Positions 46,254 to 55,661 of a DNA stretch of 64,000 nucleotides are shown here, in pieces. A program made the translations under genes and the position numbers. The DNA is taken from contig DATEGZ010000257.1 of NCBI GenBank assembly GCA_035279905.1, positions 30,086 to 94,085 on the forward strand. The letters run 5' to 3'. The DNA is from Vicinamibacterales bacterium. Its GTDB lineage: Bacteria > Acidobacteriota > Vicinamibacteria > Vicinamibacterales > SCN-69-37. Position 1 is the stretch's first letter; every line of letters starts with the position of its first letter. The notes beneath the pieces were generated by a model. It was not told the origin of the DNA. It was given only the letters and a program-made list of their open reading frames with translations, and searched no databases.

Positions 46254-49200
46254 TTATCTAGGTGTTGCCGTTCCGTGTGACCGCCGCGGTTCGGCGCCGC
46301 CGGTGACGGTGCCCTTGGCCGCGTTGATGACCGCCGCGGCCGCGTAGCCGTACATCACCTCGCCCTTGCGGCCGACCTTCTGGAACGTGTGGCCGCGCGC
46401 CTCGAGGTCCGCGAGCATCGCGCGCGAGAAGCGATCCTCGATCTGCACGCGTGACCCGCCGCCCGGCCCGCCGCCGATGAGGAACCGCGGCGCCTCGATC
46501 GCGTGCTGCGCGTCCATGTTGCCGTCGACGACGTTGAGAATCACGTCGTAGACCGACGCGGGTATCCAGTTGTTGCCGGCGCACCCGACCGCGAGCCGCG
46601 GCGTGAAGCCCTGAATGCCGTAGCGTCCCGGATCGGTCGTGCTGGGCGCGAACACCAGCGTCGGCACGCTCGTCGAGCTCGACCGCATCAGCGGCAGCAT
46701 CGATCCAAATCCCGTCCCGCGCCCGCCGCGGAAGTGATCGTTGTAGAGGAAGCCGAGCCCCTTCGAGACGTAGAAGTTGCCGCCCCACGTCGAGAGCGTC
46801 TGTGTGAAGGCAATCATGTTGCCTTCCGCGTCCGCGACGACGAACGCGGTCGTGCCGGTCTGGATCGGCCCGGATTCGTCTTCGGATTGATATGCAGTTG
46901 GCACAAGAGCGGTGCCACCGCCGCCGCGTCCCCCGCCCTGCGCCGTGTACACCTTCTTCGGATCGATCAGCTTGTACCGCTCGAGCGCATGCGGCGCCTC
47001 GAGGTGGTTCCCGAGATCGACAGGCCAGCGCTCCGGATCCGCGATGCGGCCGCCGCCGTCGCGCACGCGCCACGCTTCGATCGCGTAGTGCAGGTAGTCC
47101 GGATCGGTCGTGTAGGTCGCGCCTGGCTTCGGCAAGTAATTGTCGAGGATGTTCAGCGTCTCGACCATCTGCGCGCCGTTCGAGACCGGCGGCGGCACCG
47201 AGTACACCGCGTGCCCGCGGTAATGCCCGGCGAGCGGCTTGCGCTCCATCGCACGGTACTGCCCGAGGTCCTCGAGCGTGATCACGCCGCCGTTCGCGGC
47301 CATGTCGTCCGCGATCTTGCGCGCGAGCGATCCGCGGTAGAACGACTGCGCGCCTTCCTTTGCGATCGTCCGCAGCGTTTCCGCGTAGTCCTTGTTGACG
47401 AAGCGATCGCCGGGCTTCGGCACCTTCCCGCCCGGGAGGAACAGCTTCGCCGATTCGGGATACTTCGCCAGCGACGCGCGGCCTTCGGCGATCGACGTCG
47501 GCAGCGCCTCGTCGAGCACGAAGCCCTCGTCGGCCAGCTTGATCGCCGGCGCGATCAGATCCGCCCACTCGACTTTCTTGCTGCCGTACTTCTGATACAG
47601 CAGGTCGAGCCCCGCGACGACGCCAGGAATGTTGGCGACCGTGGGACCATCATTGGCCGTGCGCGCGCCCGTCGCCGTGAAGAGCTTCGGGTTGTCGCCC
47701 GTCGCGTGCCCCGGCGTCATGTCCTTGTATTCGATGACGACCGGCTCGGTCATGCCCTTGAGAAACAGAATCGCCTGGCCGTCGCCGCCGACGCTCGTCG
47801 CATCCGGCTCGACGACGCCGAGCGCGAACGCGACGGCGATGCCGGCGTCGACGACGTTGCCGCCCTTCTCGATCATGAGCGCGCCCGCTTGCGAGGCGAG
47901 CGGGCTGCCGGACGCGACGACTGCGCGCGACGACTCAACGTCCGGCTTGATGAGCGGCTGCTCCCCGATCATCTTGTCGATGACGGCTTCAGCCGACGCG
48001 GCGTCCTTGGCCTGAGCGGCCTGCGGACGATACTTCGCCGCGAGCGCATCCCAGGCCGCCGCCGACGGCCCGGTCGCGTAGTACATCGTCTTCAACGTCT
48101 GCCAGACCTGGTCGAACGTGGACGTCCAGCGCGCCGCGGCCGGCGCAGGCAACTGGAGTGCGGTCGCTGATTCGTCGACCGCGCGCGGCGCCGCCAGCCG
48201 CCACAGCGCGTACTCGGACGCGGCGCTGAACGCCATCGGCGGATCCGCGTCGTTGCGATCGGGATTGCCGTTGTAGCCGGCGACCGCCGTCGGGAACGTC
48301 GCGACGAGCAGCGTCTGTCCGTCGGGCGACCAGGCGGGCACGCCGGGATGACGCGAGGTCAGGACCGGCGTGTCCGCGACGGTCGAGGTGGCGGCAGGAT
48401 CGCCGCCGTCGGGCGGCGGGCCTCCGCGTCCACCGCGTCCGGGACCGCCTGGTCCTCCGCCGCGGCCCGCCGGCGCGTCGAGCGACGGCACGGCCGTTGC
48501 CCACACCGCGCTTTGATTTCCGCGCATCGTCACGTACGCGAGCCGCGCGTTGTCGGGCGCCCACGCCGGATGCGCTTCCGTGCCCGCGAGGCGCGTCACG
48601 CGCACCGAACGCGGATTCGACGCGGCCGCGTCTCTCGCGGGCAGTTCGCGCACCCAGATGTCCGACTCGTTGCCCGCTTCGGGCTCGCGGGTCGAGACGT
48701 ACGCAATGAGCTTGCCGTTTGGCGAGACGCTGCCCTGCCACTCTTCGGCGGTGTCTGGTGAGATCTTCGTCGTCGTCCCGGCGTGCTCTTCCTGGGTGTA
48801 CACGAACAGCTGCCACGCGCCCTTGGGCTCGCGATGCGAAAAGACGATTCGCCGGTCGTGCGTCCACGACGGCCACCGCTCGTCGCCGGGCATCGACGTG
48901 ACGCGAATGGCCGCGCCGCCTTTCGCGGGCGCGATCCAGATGTCGAATTGGCCGTTCTGCTCGGCGCTGAAGGCGATCGATTGGCCGTCGGGCGACCACG
49001 CGGGGTCGCGCTCGACGGTCAGGTCAGTCGGAGAGGTCACGACGCGCCTGGCGTCCTTGCCGTCCGGCGTCATGGTCCAGATCGCGTCGAACCAGCTCGC
49101 GGCGAGGTGCTTGCCGTCCGGCGCCCATGCGGCCTCGCGCACGCCGGTCGGCGTTTGCTCGCTCGCGCTGCGGAGGGAAACGGACGCGAGCAGCAAGAGG

Positions 49201-49268
49201 ATGACGCCGGGAGTAGTTTTTACAATTTTACGTCTGCGGGAAATTGTAAAAACTACTCCCGGCGTCAT
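46254..49268 (-). CDS. ggt: PD40/TolB-like beta-propeller fused to gamma-glutamyltransferase
   Basis: Real start ATG 49268, preceded by GGAG. PD40 repeats (DPAWSPDGQSIAF, SPNGKLIAYVS, HPAWAPDNARLAYV, PAWSPDGQTLLV), a Gly/Pro linker, then the GGT domain with nucleophile context QTGTTAFVVADAEGNMIAFTQTLS. The upstream 232 aa of ORF 46254..49964 are off-frame tkt sequence. Confidence 0.8.
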   Translation of the reverse strand: MTPGVVFTISRRRKIVKTTPGVILLLLASVSLRSASEQTPTGVREAAWAPDGKHLAASWFDAIWTMTPDGKDARRVVTSPTDLTVERDPAWSPDGQSIAFSAEQNGQFDIWIAPAKGGAAIRVTSMPGDERWPSWTHDRRIVFSHREPKGAWQLFVYTQEEHAGTTTKISPDTAEEWQGSVSPNGKLIAYVSTREPEAGNESDIWVRELPARDAAASNPRSVRVTRLAGTEAHPAWAPDNARLAYVTMRGNQSAVWATAVPSLDAPAGRGGGPGGPGRGGRGGPPPDGGDPAATSTVADTPVLTSRHPGVPAWSPDGQTLLVATFPTAVAGYNGNPDRNDADPPMAFSAASEYALWRLAAPRAVDESATALQLPAPAAARWTSTFDQVWQTLKTMYYATGPSAAAWDALAAKYRPQAAQAKDAASAEAVIDKMIGEQPLIKPDVESSRAVVASGSPLASQAGALMIEKGGNVVDAGIAVAFALGVVEPDATSVGGDGQAILFLKGMTEPVVIEYKDMTPGHATGDNPKLFTATGARTANDGPTVANIPGVVAGLDLLYQKYGSKKVEWADLIAPAIKLADEGFVLDEALPTSIAEGRASLAKYPESAKLFLPGGKVPKPGDRFVNKDYAETLRTIAKEGAQSFYRGSLARKIADDMAANGGVITLEDLGQYRAMERKPLAGHYRGHAVYSVPPPVSNGAQMVETLNILDNYLPKPGATYTTDPDYLHYAIEAWRVRDGGGRIADPERWPVDLGNHLEAPHALERYKLIDPKKVYTAQGGGRGGGGTALVPTAYQSEDESGPIQTGTTAFVVADAEGNMIAFTQTLSTWGGNFYVSKGLGFLYNDHFRGGRGTGFGSMLPLMRSSSTSVPTLVFAPSTTDPGRYGIQGFTPRLAVGCAGNNWIPASVYDVILNVVDGNMDAQHAIEAPRFLIGGGPGGGSRVQIEDRFSRAMLADLEARGHTFQKVGRKGEVMYGYAAAAVINAAKGTVTGGAEPRRSHGTATPR
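49201..49268. repeat. palindromic element, copy 1 (27-nt arms ATGACGCCGGGAGTAGTTTTTACAATT)
   Basis: Arms 49201-49227 and 49242-49268 are perfectly complementary, with a 14-nt loop. The arms are identical to those at 59185-59253. Confidence 0.9.
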
Positions 49269-49276
49269 TTCGTCTC

Positions 49277-51130
49277 CTACAGCTCTTTGACGGCAGCGGC
49301 GATCGCGCGTGCGCTGATCCCGTAACGGTCGAGCAGCTCGTCGGGCGCGCCGCTGCGCGGAATCTCGCGAACGGCCAGCCGCCTCACGCGGAAGCCCTGA
49401 TCCCAGACCGCCTCGCTCACGGCATCGCCCAGCCCGCCGTGCGCGTAGTGATCCTCGACCGTGATGATGCGGCCGTTCGTCGCGCGGCCGGCGGCGACAA
49501 GCCCATCGCGATCGATCGGCTGGACCGAGTACGCGTCGATCACGCGGATGTTGGTGCCGGCCGCCTTGAGCGTGTCGTACGCCTTGAGCGCTTCGAACAC
49601 GGTCACGCCGGCGGCAACGATCGTCGCGACGTCCTTGTCGCTCTGCCGCAGCGTCTTCGAGCCGCCTGCCTTGAATGTTTCGTTCGCGTCGTAGATGACC
49701 GGCGTCTTCGGACGCGACGTGCGGATGTACACGGGCCCGGGCACGGACGCCGCGATCGCCATGAGCCGCGTCGCGCTCATGCCATCGCACGGGTACAGCA
49801 CGGTGCAGTTCGGCACGCCGCGCGCCATCGCGAGATCCTCGAGCGCCATCTGCGACGGCCCGTCCTCCCCGATCGACACGCCGGCGTGCGATCCGGCCAG
49901 CTTGATGCCGAGGTTCGAGATGCCGGCCATGCGGATGAAGTCGCTCGCGCGCTCGAGGAAGCACGCGAACGTCGACGGGAACGGAATCGCGCCGCGCGCG
50001 GCCAGCCCCATCGCCGCGCCGATCATCACCTGCTCGGCGATGTAGACCTCGTAGAACCGATCCTGATGCGCGTGCTCGAACTTCTCGCTGAACGTCGAGT
50101 TGCCGACGTCAGCGTCGAGCGCGACGATGCGCCGATCGATCGCGCCGAGCGCGGCAAGCGCCGCGCCGTACGCCTCGCGCGTCGCCACCAGCTCGCCCGG
50201 CTTGTACGCCGGCGCCGGCAGCACCTTCTCGAACGCCGGCAGCGGCCCCTCGACGCGCCGGCTGGCCGGCCTCGGAATCTCCGGCTTCGGATCGGACGTC
50301 TTCACGACCTGGCTGTTGAGTTCCGCCAGCGCCTGGTCGAGCTCGGCGCCCTTCTTGAGCGCCTTGCCGTGCCAGCCTTCCTTCCCTTCGAAAATCGAGC
50401 AGCCCTTGCCCTTGACCGTGCCGGCCACGATCATCGTCGGGCGGCCTTTGGTTTTGCGGGCTTCGTCGAGCGCCTGGAGGATTGCCGCGAGGTCGTGTCC
50501 GTCAACCGCGATGGCGTGCCAGCCGAACGCGTTCCAGCGCGACGTGAACGCCGACAGATGATGATCCCACTGCGTCGCGCGGCTCTGTCCGAGGCCGTTG
50601 ACGTCTGTGATCGCGCAGAGATTGTCGAGCTTTTGATTGGACGCGACTTCCGCCGCTTCCCAGACGGAGCCTTCAGCGCTCTCGCCGTCGCCGAGCAGCA
50701 CGTAGGTGCGGTAGTCGGACTTGATCCGCCGCGCGTTGAGCGCGATGCCCACGGCCGCGGCCAGTCCCTGGCCGAGCGATCCGGTGGCGACGTCGACGAA
50801 CGGCAGGCGCGGCGTCGGATGGCCTTCGAGGTCGGACGTGATCTTGCGCAGGTTGAGCAGATCCGCGCGCGGAAACAATCCCGCCTCGGCCCACGCCGCG
50901 TAGAGAATCGGCGCGCCGTGGCCCTTCGACAGCACGAAGCGATCCGCTTCGGGGTGCTGCGGGTCCTTCGGATCGAACCGCATCTCGGCAAAGAACAGAG
51001 CCGCGACGATCTCCGCCGCCGACAGACACGTCGTCGGGTGGCCGGAGCCGGCTTCCGAGGTCGAGGTCACGGAGTCGATCCGGAGCTGCGTCGCGAGGTT
51101 GTGGAGAACAGCGAGCGATGGTGCGGACAT
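49277..51130 (-). CDS. tkt: transketolase
   Basis: 617 aa. SGHPTTCLSAAEIV (ThDP motif region), GDGESAEGSVWEA and the C-terminal transketolase domain. Confidence 0.92.
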   Translation of the reverse strand: MSAPSLAVLHNLATQLRIDSVTSTSEAGSGHPTTCLSAAEIVAALFFAEMRFDPKDPQHPEADRFVLSKGHGAPILYAAWAEAGLFPRADLLNLRKITSDLEGHPTPRLPFVDVATGSLGQGLAAAVGIALNARRIKSDYRTYVLLGDGESAEGSVWEAAEVASNQKLDNLCAITDVNGLGQSRATQWDHHLSAFTSRWNAFGWHAIAVDGHDLAAILQALDEARKTKGRPTMIVAGTVKGKGCSIFEGKEGWHGKALKKGAELDQALAELNSQVVKTSDPKPEIPRPASRRVEGPLPAFEKVLPAPAYKPGELVATREAYGAALAALGAIDRRIVALDADVGNSTFSEKFEHAHQDRFYEVYIAEQVMIGAAMGLAARGAIPFPSTFACFLERASDFIRMAGISNLGIKLAGSHAGVSIGEDGPSQMALEDLAMARGVPNCTVLYPCDGMSATRLMAIAASVPGPVYIRTSRPKTPVIYDANETFKAGGSKTLRQSDKDVATIVAAGVTVFEALKAYDTLKAAGTNIRVIDAYSVQPIDRDGLVAAGRATNGRIITVEDHYAHGGLGDAVSEAVWDQGFRVRRLAVREIPRSGAPDELLDRYGISARAIAAAVKEL

Positions 51131-51209
51131 TAGGATGGCGCGAAAAGTCTACTGTACCCGGCGAGCGAGGCGCTAGCGCCGCCGCCGTCACCGTTGACAT
51201 AATCGGTTG

Positions 51210-51704
51210 ATGTCCGTGCTGCGGTTCGTGTCGGTGGTGCTGCTGGCACTCTGGGTCGGCGGCCTCGCCGCGCTGGGCACGATCGGCGCGCCCGCGATTT
51301 TCGCGACGCTCGAAGCGCAGGACCCGTCGGGCGGCCGCACGCTGGCGGGCGCGGTGTTTGGCGCGGTCTTCTCGCGCTTTCAGCACGCCGCCTGGGTGAT
51401 CGGCGGCCTGCTCCTCGCGGTGCTGGGCGCGCGCGCGGCGCTCGGGCCGCGGCCGCGGCGGTTCGGGCTGCGCATGTGGACGATCGCCGGCATGCTGGCG
51501 TTGAGCCTGGTGACGGCCTTCGTGCTCGCGCCGCGGATCGATCGACTCCGCGAAACGACGCCAGGCACCATTGCTGCGCTGCCGGACACCGATCCACGCA
51601 AGATCGCGTTCGGACGCCTGCACGGACTCTCCAACGGCTTGATGCTCGTGACGCTCGTCGCGGGCCTCGGGCTCATCTTCGCGGAAACACGGGACACGAA
51701 CTGA
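51210..51704 (+). CDS. DUF4149-like membrane protein
   Basis: Four TM helices. ATG 51210 lies 6 nt after CATAAT (51198-51203). The track starts the ORF at TTG 51207. Confidence 0.6.
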   Translation: MSVLRFVSVVLLALWVGGLAALGTIGAPAIFATLEAQDPSGGRTLAGAVFGAVFSRFQHAAWVIGGLLLAVLGARAALGPRPRRFGLRMWTIAGMLALSLVTAFVLAPRIDRLRETTPGTIAALPDTDPRKIAFGRLHGLSNGLMLVTLVAGLGLIFAETRDTN

Positions 51705-52156
51705 TGACTCAACAAGTCGCGCAACTCACCGACGACGTCGTGAAGCAGGTAGCCGCCGCGCCCGATCGACAGGCCGCGATGGAGCGCGCTGTCGCGGCGC
51801 TCAAGGCCGCCGTTCCGCACTACTCCTGGGTCGGCATCTACCTGATGGACGGCGATGAGCTCGTGCTGGGACCGTTTCTCGGCAAGCCGTCTCCGCACAC
51901 GCGCATCCCGCTCAACCGCGGCATCTGCGGCGCCGCCGCCAGTCAGAAGACCACGATCATCGTGGACGACGTGAACAGCGACCCGCGTTATCTGGCGTGC
52001 AGCCTCGAGACGAAATCAGAGATTGTGGTGCCGATCATGCGCGGCGCGGAGGTACTCGGCGAGATCGACATCGACAGCGATCAGCCGGCGGCGTTCGGGG
52101 CGGCGGATCGAACTTTGCTCGAAGCCGTCGCAGCTGCGATAGCAACCCGTCTGTAG
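51704..52156 (+). CDS. msrC: GAF-domain protein, free methionine-(R)-sulfoxide reductase-like
   Basis: ATG 51704 overlaps the upstream stop (TGATG). RGICGAAA ... YLACSLETKSEIVVPI resembles the fRMsr/YebR family. Confidence 0.7.
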   Translation: MTQQVAQLTDDVVKQVAAAPDRQAAMERAVAALKAAVPHYSWVGIYLMDGDELVLGPFLGKPSPHTRIPLNRGICGAAASQKTTIIVDDVNSDPRYLACSLETKSEIVVPIMRGAEVLGEIDIDSDQPAAFGAADRTLLEAVAAAIATRL

Positions 52157-52171
52157 CCTGGGCCCTCGGGC

Positions 52172-55006
52172 CTATCTCCTGACGCTTCCGTCAACGCTCC
52201 TGATCTCTACCGCGCCCAGGTTCAGCTTTCTCAAGTCCGCTTCGATCTTCTTCCGATCGCCGACCGCGATGACGATGATCTTGTCGGGGTGCAGGTACTT
52301 CTTCGCGGCGGCTTGCACCGCCTCGGCCGTGACCGTCGAGACGGCCGCCGGGAACGTCGAGTAGTAGTCGAGCCCGAGATTGTAGATGTAGAGGCCGCTG
52401 AGGCTGTCCACGGCGCTTGCGCTGGTCTCGAAATCCGCCGGCAGCGATCGCGTCAGCGAGTCGCGGCCCATGTTCAGCTCGTCGGGCGTCACCGTCGTGT
52501 CGGTCATGCGCTTGAGCTCTTTCATGATCTCGGCGACCGCCGGCGCGGTGACGTTCGTCCGCACGCCCGACCCGACCCAGAACGGCCCGGCGTGCTTGCG
52601 GAAGATGAACTGCGAGAACGCGCCGTACGTGTAGCCGTGGGCCTCGCGCAGGTTGAGGTTGATACGGCTCGAGAAGAGTCCGCCCAGAATCAAGTTCATC
52701 ACGTTGAGCGCGGCGTAGTCGGACACCGATCGCGGCGCGCCGATCTCGGCCACGCGCAGCTGCGTCTGCTCCGCGCCTGGACGATCGACCAGCACCAGCC
52801 GCACAGGCGCCGAGATGAACGTGTCGGTCGCGCCCGCCGCGGGCGTGCCCTTCGCCCACGACCCGAACGCCTTCTCAGCGAGCGCCTTCACGTCCGCCTG
52901 GCTGATCGGCCCGGCGACGACGAGCGCCGCGTTGTTCGGCACGAAGTTCTGCTTCCAGAAGCCCGCCAGATCGTCGCGCTTCGTGGCTTGAATCGACGAC
53001 TCGGTGCCGAGCTCGATGTACCCGTACGGGTGGTTGTCTCCGTAGAGCACCCGCACCGCGACCGTCTGCGCGACCGCATTGGGATCCTGCCGGCTCTGGA
53101 TCAGCTGGCCCAGGCGGCTTGCGCGCTCGCGATCGATCTCCTTGTCGGGAAAGCTCGGATGGAGCGCGACGTCAGCCAGCAGATCGAGCGCCGCGCCGAA
53201 GTTCTTCCGGAGCGACTGGACCGTGACGAACGAGGCGTCCTTGGCGGAGGCGGTCGACAGCGACGCGCCCAGGTGGGCGACGTCGTCGGCAATCGTGAGC
53301 GCGTCGCGCGATGCGGTGCCCTGGTCGAGCATCGCGCCCGTGAAGTTCGCGAGCCCCGCGCGATCTGTCGGATTGCTGTCGCCGCCGGTCCTGATCACCA
53401 GGCTCGCGGCCACGACGGGCATCCCGGGCCGCTCGTAGTGCAGTACGGTCAGGCCGTTCGGCAGCTGGAAGGACTGCGGCGTGGGCAGCGTGATTGGCCG
53501 CTGGGCCGCGGGCTTCGGCTGATCCTTCCGCCACGCTTCGTCGGCGTTCACGGCCTCGGCGCCGGTGCCCGGCGCGACTTTCGGCGCCGGCGGCGTCGGC
53601 ACCTGCGCGCCGAGATCCGGATCGCCGGGCACGCCAAAGACGACCACCCGCGCGCTCGGCTTGAGCGACGTCTGCACGAACGTCTTGACGCTCGCCGCCG
53701 TCACCGCGCGATGCCGCGTGAGGTCCTCGCCGAGGTATCCCGGATTCTTCACGTAGTGGTTGTAGAGATTGAGCGTGTCGGCCACGCCGCCAAATCCGCC
53801 CAGCACCTGCAGCCCGCTGAGCAGGCTGGTTTCGAACACGTTGCGCGCGCGCTCGACTTCCTTGGCGTCCGGCCCGGATGATGTCAGCGCCTTGAGCTGC
53901 TCATCGATCGCGGCCGTGAGCTCTTCGGCCGTGTGTCCCGGCCGAGCGGTCGCGCTGATGCGGAACACCGAGGAGAGCGACAGCGACTGCTGCGCGGCCG
54001 AGACGTCCTGCGCGATCTGCTTGTCGTAGACAAGCGCCTTGTACAGCCGGCTCGAGTGCCCGCCGCCGAGGATGCCCGCGGCAATGTCGGCGTCCGCGTC
54101 GCCGGGCGCGAAGTACGACGGCGTGAGCCACGTCATGTACACGCGCGGCAGCTGGACGTGGTCCTTGACGACGACCTTGCGCTCGCTCGTGATCGGCGGC
54201 GTCTGCACGGTCACCTTCGGCACGTCCGGCCCGCGCTTGAGCGTGCCGAAGTACTTCTCGACGAGCGTCTTGACCTGCGCCTTGTCCACGTCGCCGACGA
54301 TCGCGAGGCTCGCGTTGTTCGGCGTGTAGTACTGCTTGAAGAAGCCCTTCACGTCCTCGAGCTTCGCGGCCTGGATGTCGGCGTGCGATCCAATCACGTC
54401 CGCGTAGTACGGATGACCTTGCGGAAACAGGTTGTGGTATACCGCCTCGTCAACGACGCCGTACGGCTCGTTCTCGACGCTTTGCCGCCGCTCGTTGCGC
54501 ACGACGTCCTGCTGATTCGAGAGCTTCGCCTGATCGAGCTCGTCGAGGAGGTAGCCCATGCGATCGGACTCGAGCCACAAACCGAGCTCGAGCTGATTCG
54601 CCGGCAGCGTCTCGAAGTAGTTCGTTCGATCGAAATCGGTCGTGCCGTTGAGGTTCGTGCCGCCGGCCGCCTCGAGCAATCTGAAATGCGAGTCGCCGGG
54701 CACGTGCTTCGATCCCTGAAACATCATGTGCTCGAAGAGGTGCGCGAAGCCCGTGCGCCCGGCCGCCTCGTTGGCCGGTCCGACGTGATACCAGAGATCG
54801 ACGGCGACGAGCGGCAGCCGATGATCTTCCGAGACGATCACTTCGAGTCCGTTCGCAAGCGCGTACTTCTCGAACTGGAGGCTCGGCGTGTCAGGCGTCG
54901 CGGATGACGACGCTGTGCTGGAGGTCGCCGGCGCGGACGTCTGGCCGCACGCGGCAAGGCTCAGCGCGAGCGGCACGAGCAGCAGCAACCTGCGCGGATG
55001 GATCAT
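52172..55006 (-). CDS. M16-family zinc peptidase, duplicated (two M16 units), lipoprotein
   Basis: Lipobox LALSLAAC. Zinc motif HLFEHMMFQGS (HxxEH). 944 aa with a second inactive-type M16 repeat. Confidence 0.85.
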   Translation of the reverse strand: MIHPRRLLLLVPLALSLAACGQTSAPATSSTASSSATPDTPSLQFEKYALANGLEVIVSEDHRLPLVAVDLWYHVGPANEAAGRTGFAHLFEHMMFQGSKHVPGDSHFRLLEAAGGTNLNGTTDFDRTNYFETLPANQLELGLWLESDRMGYLLDELDQAKLSNQQDVVRNERRQSVENEPYGVVDEAVYHNLFPQGHPYYADVIGSHADIQAAKLEDVKGFFKQYYTPNNASLAIVGDVDKAQVKTLVEKYFGTLKRGPDVPKVTVQTPPITSERKVVVKDHVQLPRVYMTWLTPSYFAPGDADADIAAGILGGGHSSRLYKALVYDKQIAQDVSAAQQSLSLSSVFRISATARPGHTAEELTAAIDEQLKALTSSGPDAKEVERARNVFETSLLSGLQVLGGFGGVADTLNLYNHYVKNPGYLGEDLTRHRAVTAASVKTFVQTSLKPSARVVVFGVPGDPDLGAQVPTPPAPKVAPGTGAEAVNADEAWRKDQPKPAAQRPITLPTPQSFQLPNGLTVLHYERPGMPVVAASLVIRTGGDSNPTDRAGLANFTGAMLDQGTASRDALTIADDVAHLGASLSTASAKDASFVTVQSLRKNFGAALDLLADVALHPSFPDKEIDRERASRLGQLIQSRQDPNAVAQTVAVRVLYGDNHPYGYIELGTESSIQATKRDDLAGFWKQNFVPNNAALVVAGPISQADVKALAEKAFGSWAKGTPAAGATDTFISAPVRLVLVDRPGAEQTQLRVAEIGAPRSVSDYAALNVMNLILGGLFSSRINLNLREAHGYTYGAFSQFIFRKHAGPFWVGSGVRTNVTAPAVAEIMKELKRMTDTTVTPDELNMGRDSLTRSLPADFETSASAVDSLSGLYIYNLGLDYYSTFPAAVSTVTAEAVQAAAKKYLHPDKIIVIAVGDRKKIEADLRKLNLGAVEIRSVDGSVRR

Positions 55007-55653
55007 CGGAGGCTCCCGAATCGCGACTTCACCCGCGTCATGCGGGTGATCTCCACGGCCGTGACGAGGTATTGGACGTTGCGTTCCTGCAGCGGGCCTT
55101 GCTGCTGGATCTTCTTGACGACGTCGAGCCCGGACAGCACGCGCCCGAACGCGGCCGCGCCCTGCTCATCGTCGAATCGCTTGCCCCCGAAATCGAGCGA
55201 GGGTTGATCGTCGAGCAGAATGAAAAACTCGGTGGTCGCCGAGTCCGGCGTGCCCCGCGCCATCGACACCGTGCCGGCGACGTGCTTGAGACCGGTGACG
55301 CTCGTACGCTCGAGCGGAATCGGCGGCAGCCGTTGCGCGGATGTCGACGGATCGATCCCGCCCTGAATGATGTTCATCTGCGGCCGATTGGGCGGGGTGC
55401 CGGGATAGTTGTCGGGCCGCGTCACGCGGTAGAAACGGCCGCCGTCGTAGATGCCGGCGTCGACGTACTTGAGAAAGTTGCCGGCCGTGATCGGCGCGTG
55501 CGCGAGATCGACGGCGATCGTGATCGTGCCGAGGGCCGTTTCGATGGCGACGGTGACTTCCGCGGGCGGCGGCGGCGCCTGAGGCGGCGTCTGTACGGAC
55601 GCGACGGCGCTCGTCGAAATCACGAACGCCGCAGCGACGAGCACGCGTGTCAT
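55003..55653 (-). CDS. cyclophilin-type peptidyl-prolyl cis-trans isomerase, exported
   Basis: Start ATG 55653 (MTRVLVAAAFVISTSAVASV). Contains GNFLKYV...FYRV...QGG...GTVSMAR...EFFI. Confidence 0.85.
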   Translation of the reverse strand: MTRVLVAAAFVISTSAVASVQTPPQAPPPPAEVTVAIETALGTITIAVDLAHAPITAGNFLKYVDAGIYDGGRFYRVTRPDNYPGTPPNRPQMNIIQGGIDPSTSAQRLPPIPLERTSVTGLKHVAGTVSMARGTPDSATTEFFILLDDQPSLDFGGKRFDDEQGAAAFGRVLSGLDVVKKIQQQGPLQERNVQYLVTAVEITRMTRVKSRFGSLR

Positions 55654-55661
55654 GCTCTCGC

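Noticed and set aside
46254-49964. 1236-aa form of the GGT fusion ORF.
   Set aside because: The first 232 aa are Arg-rich off-frame translation of the 3' part of tkt. A plausible start with GGAG and a signal peptide lies at 49268.
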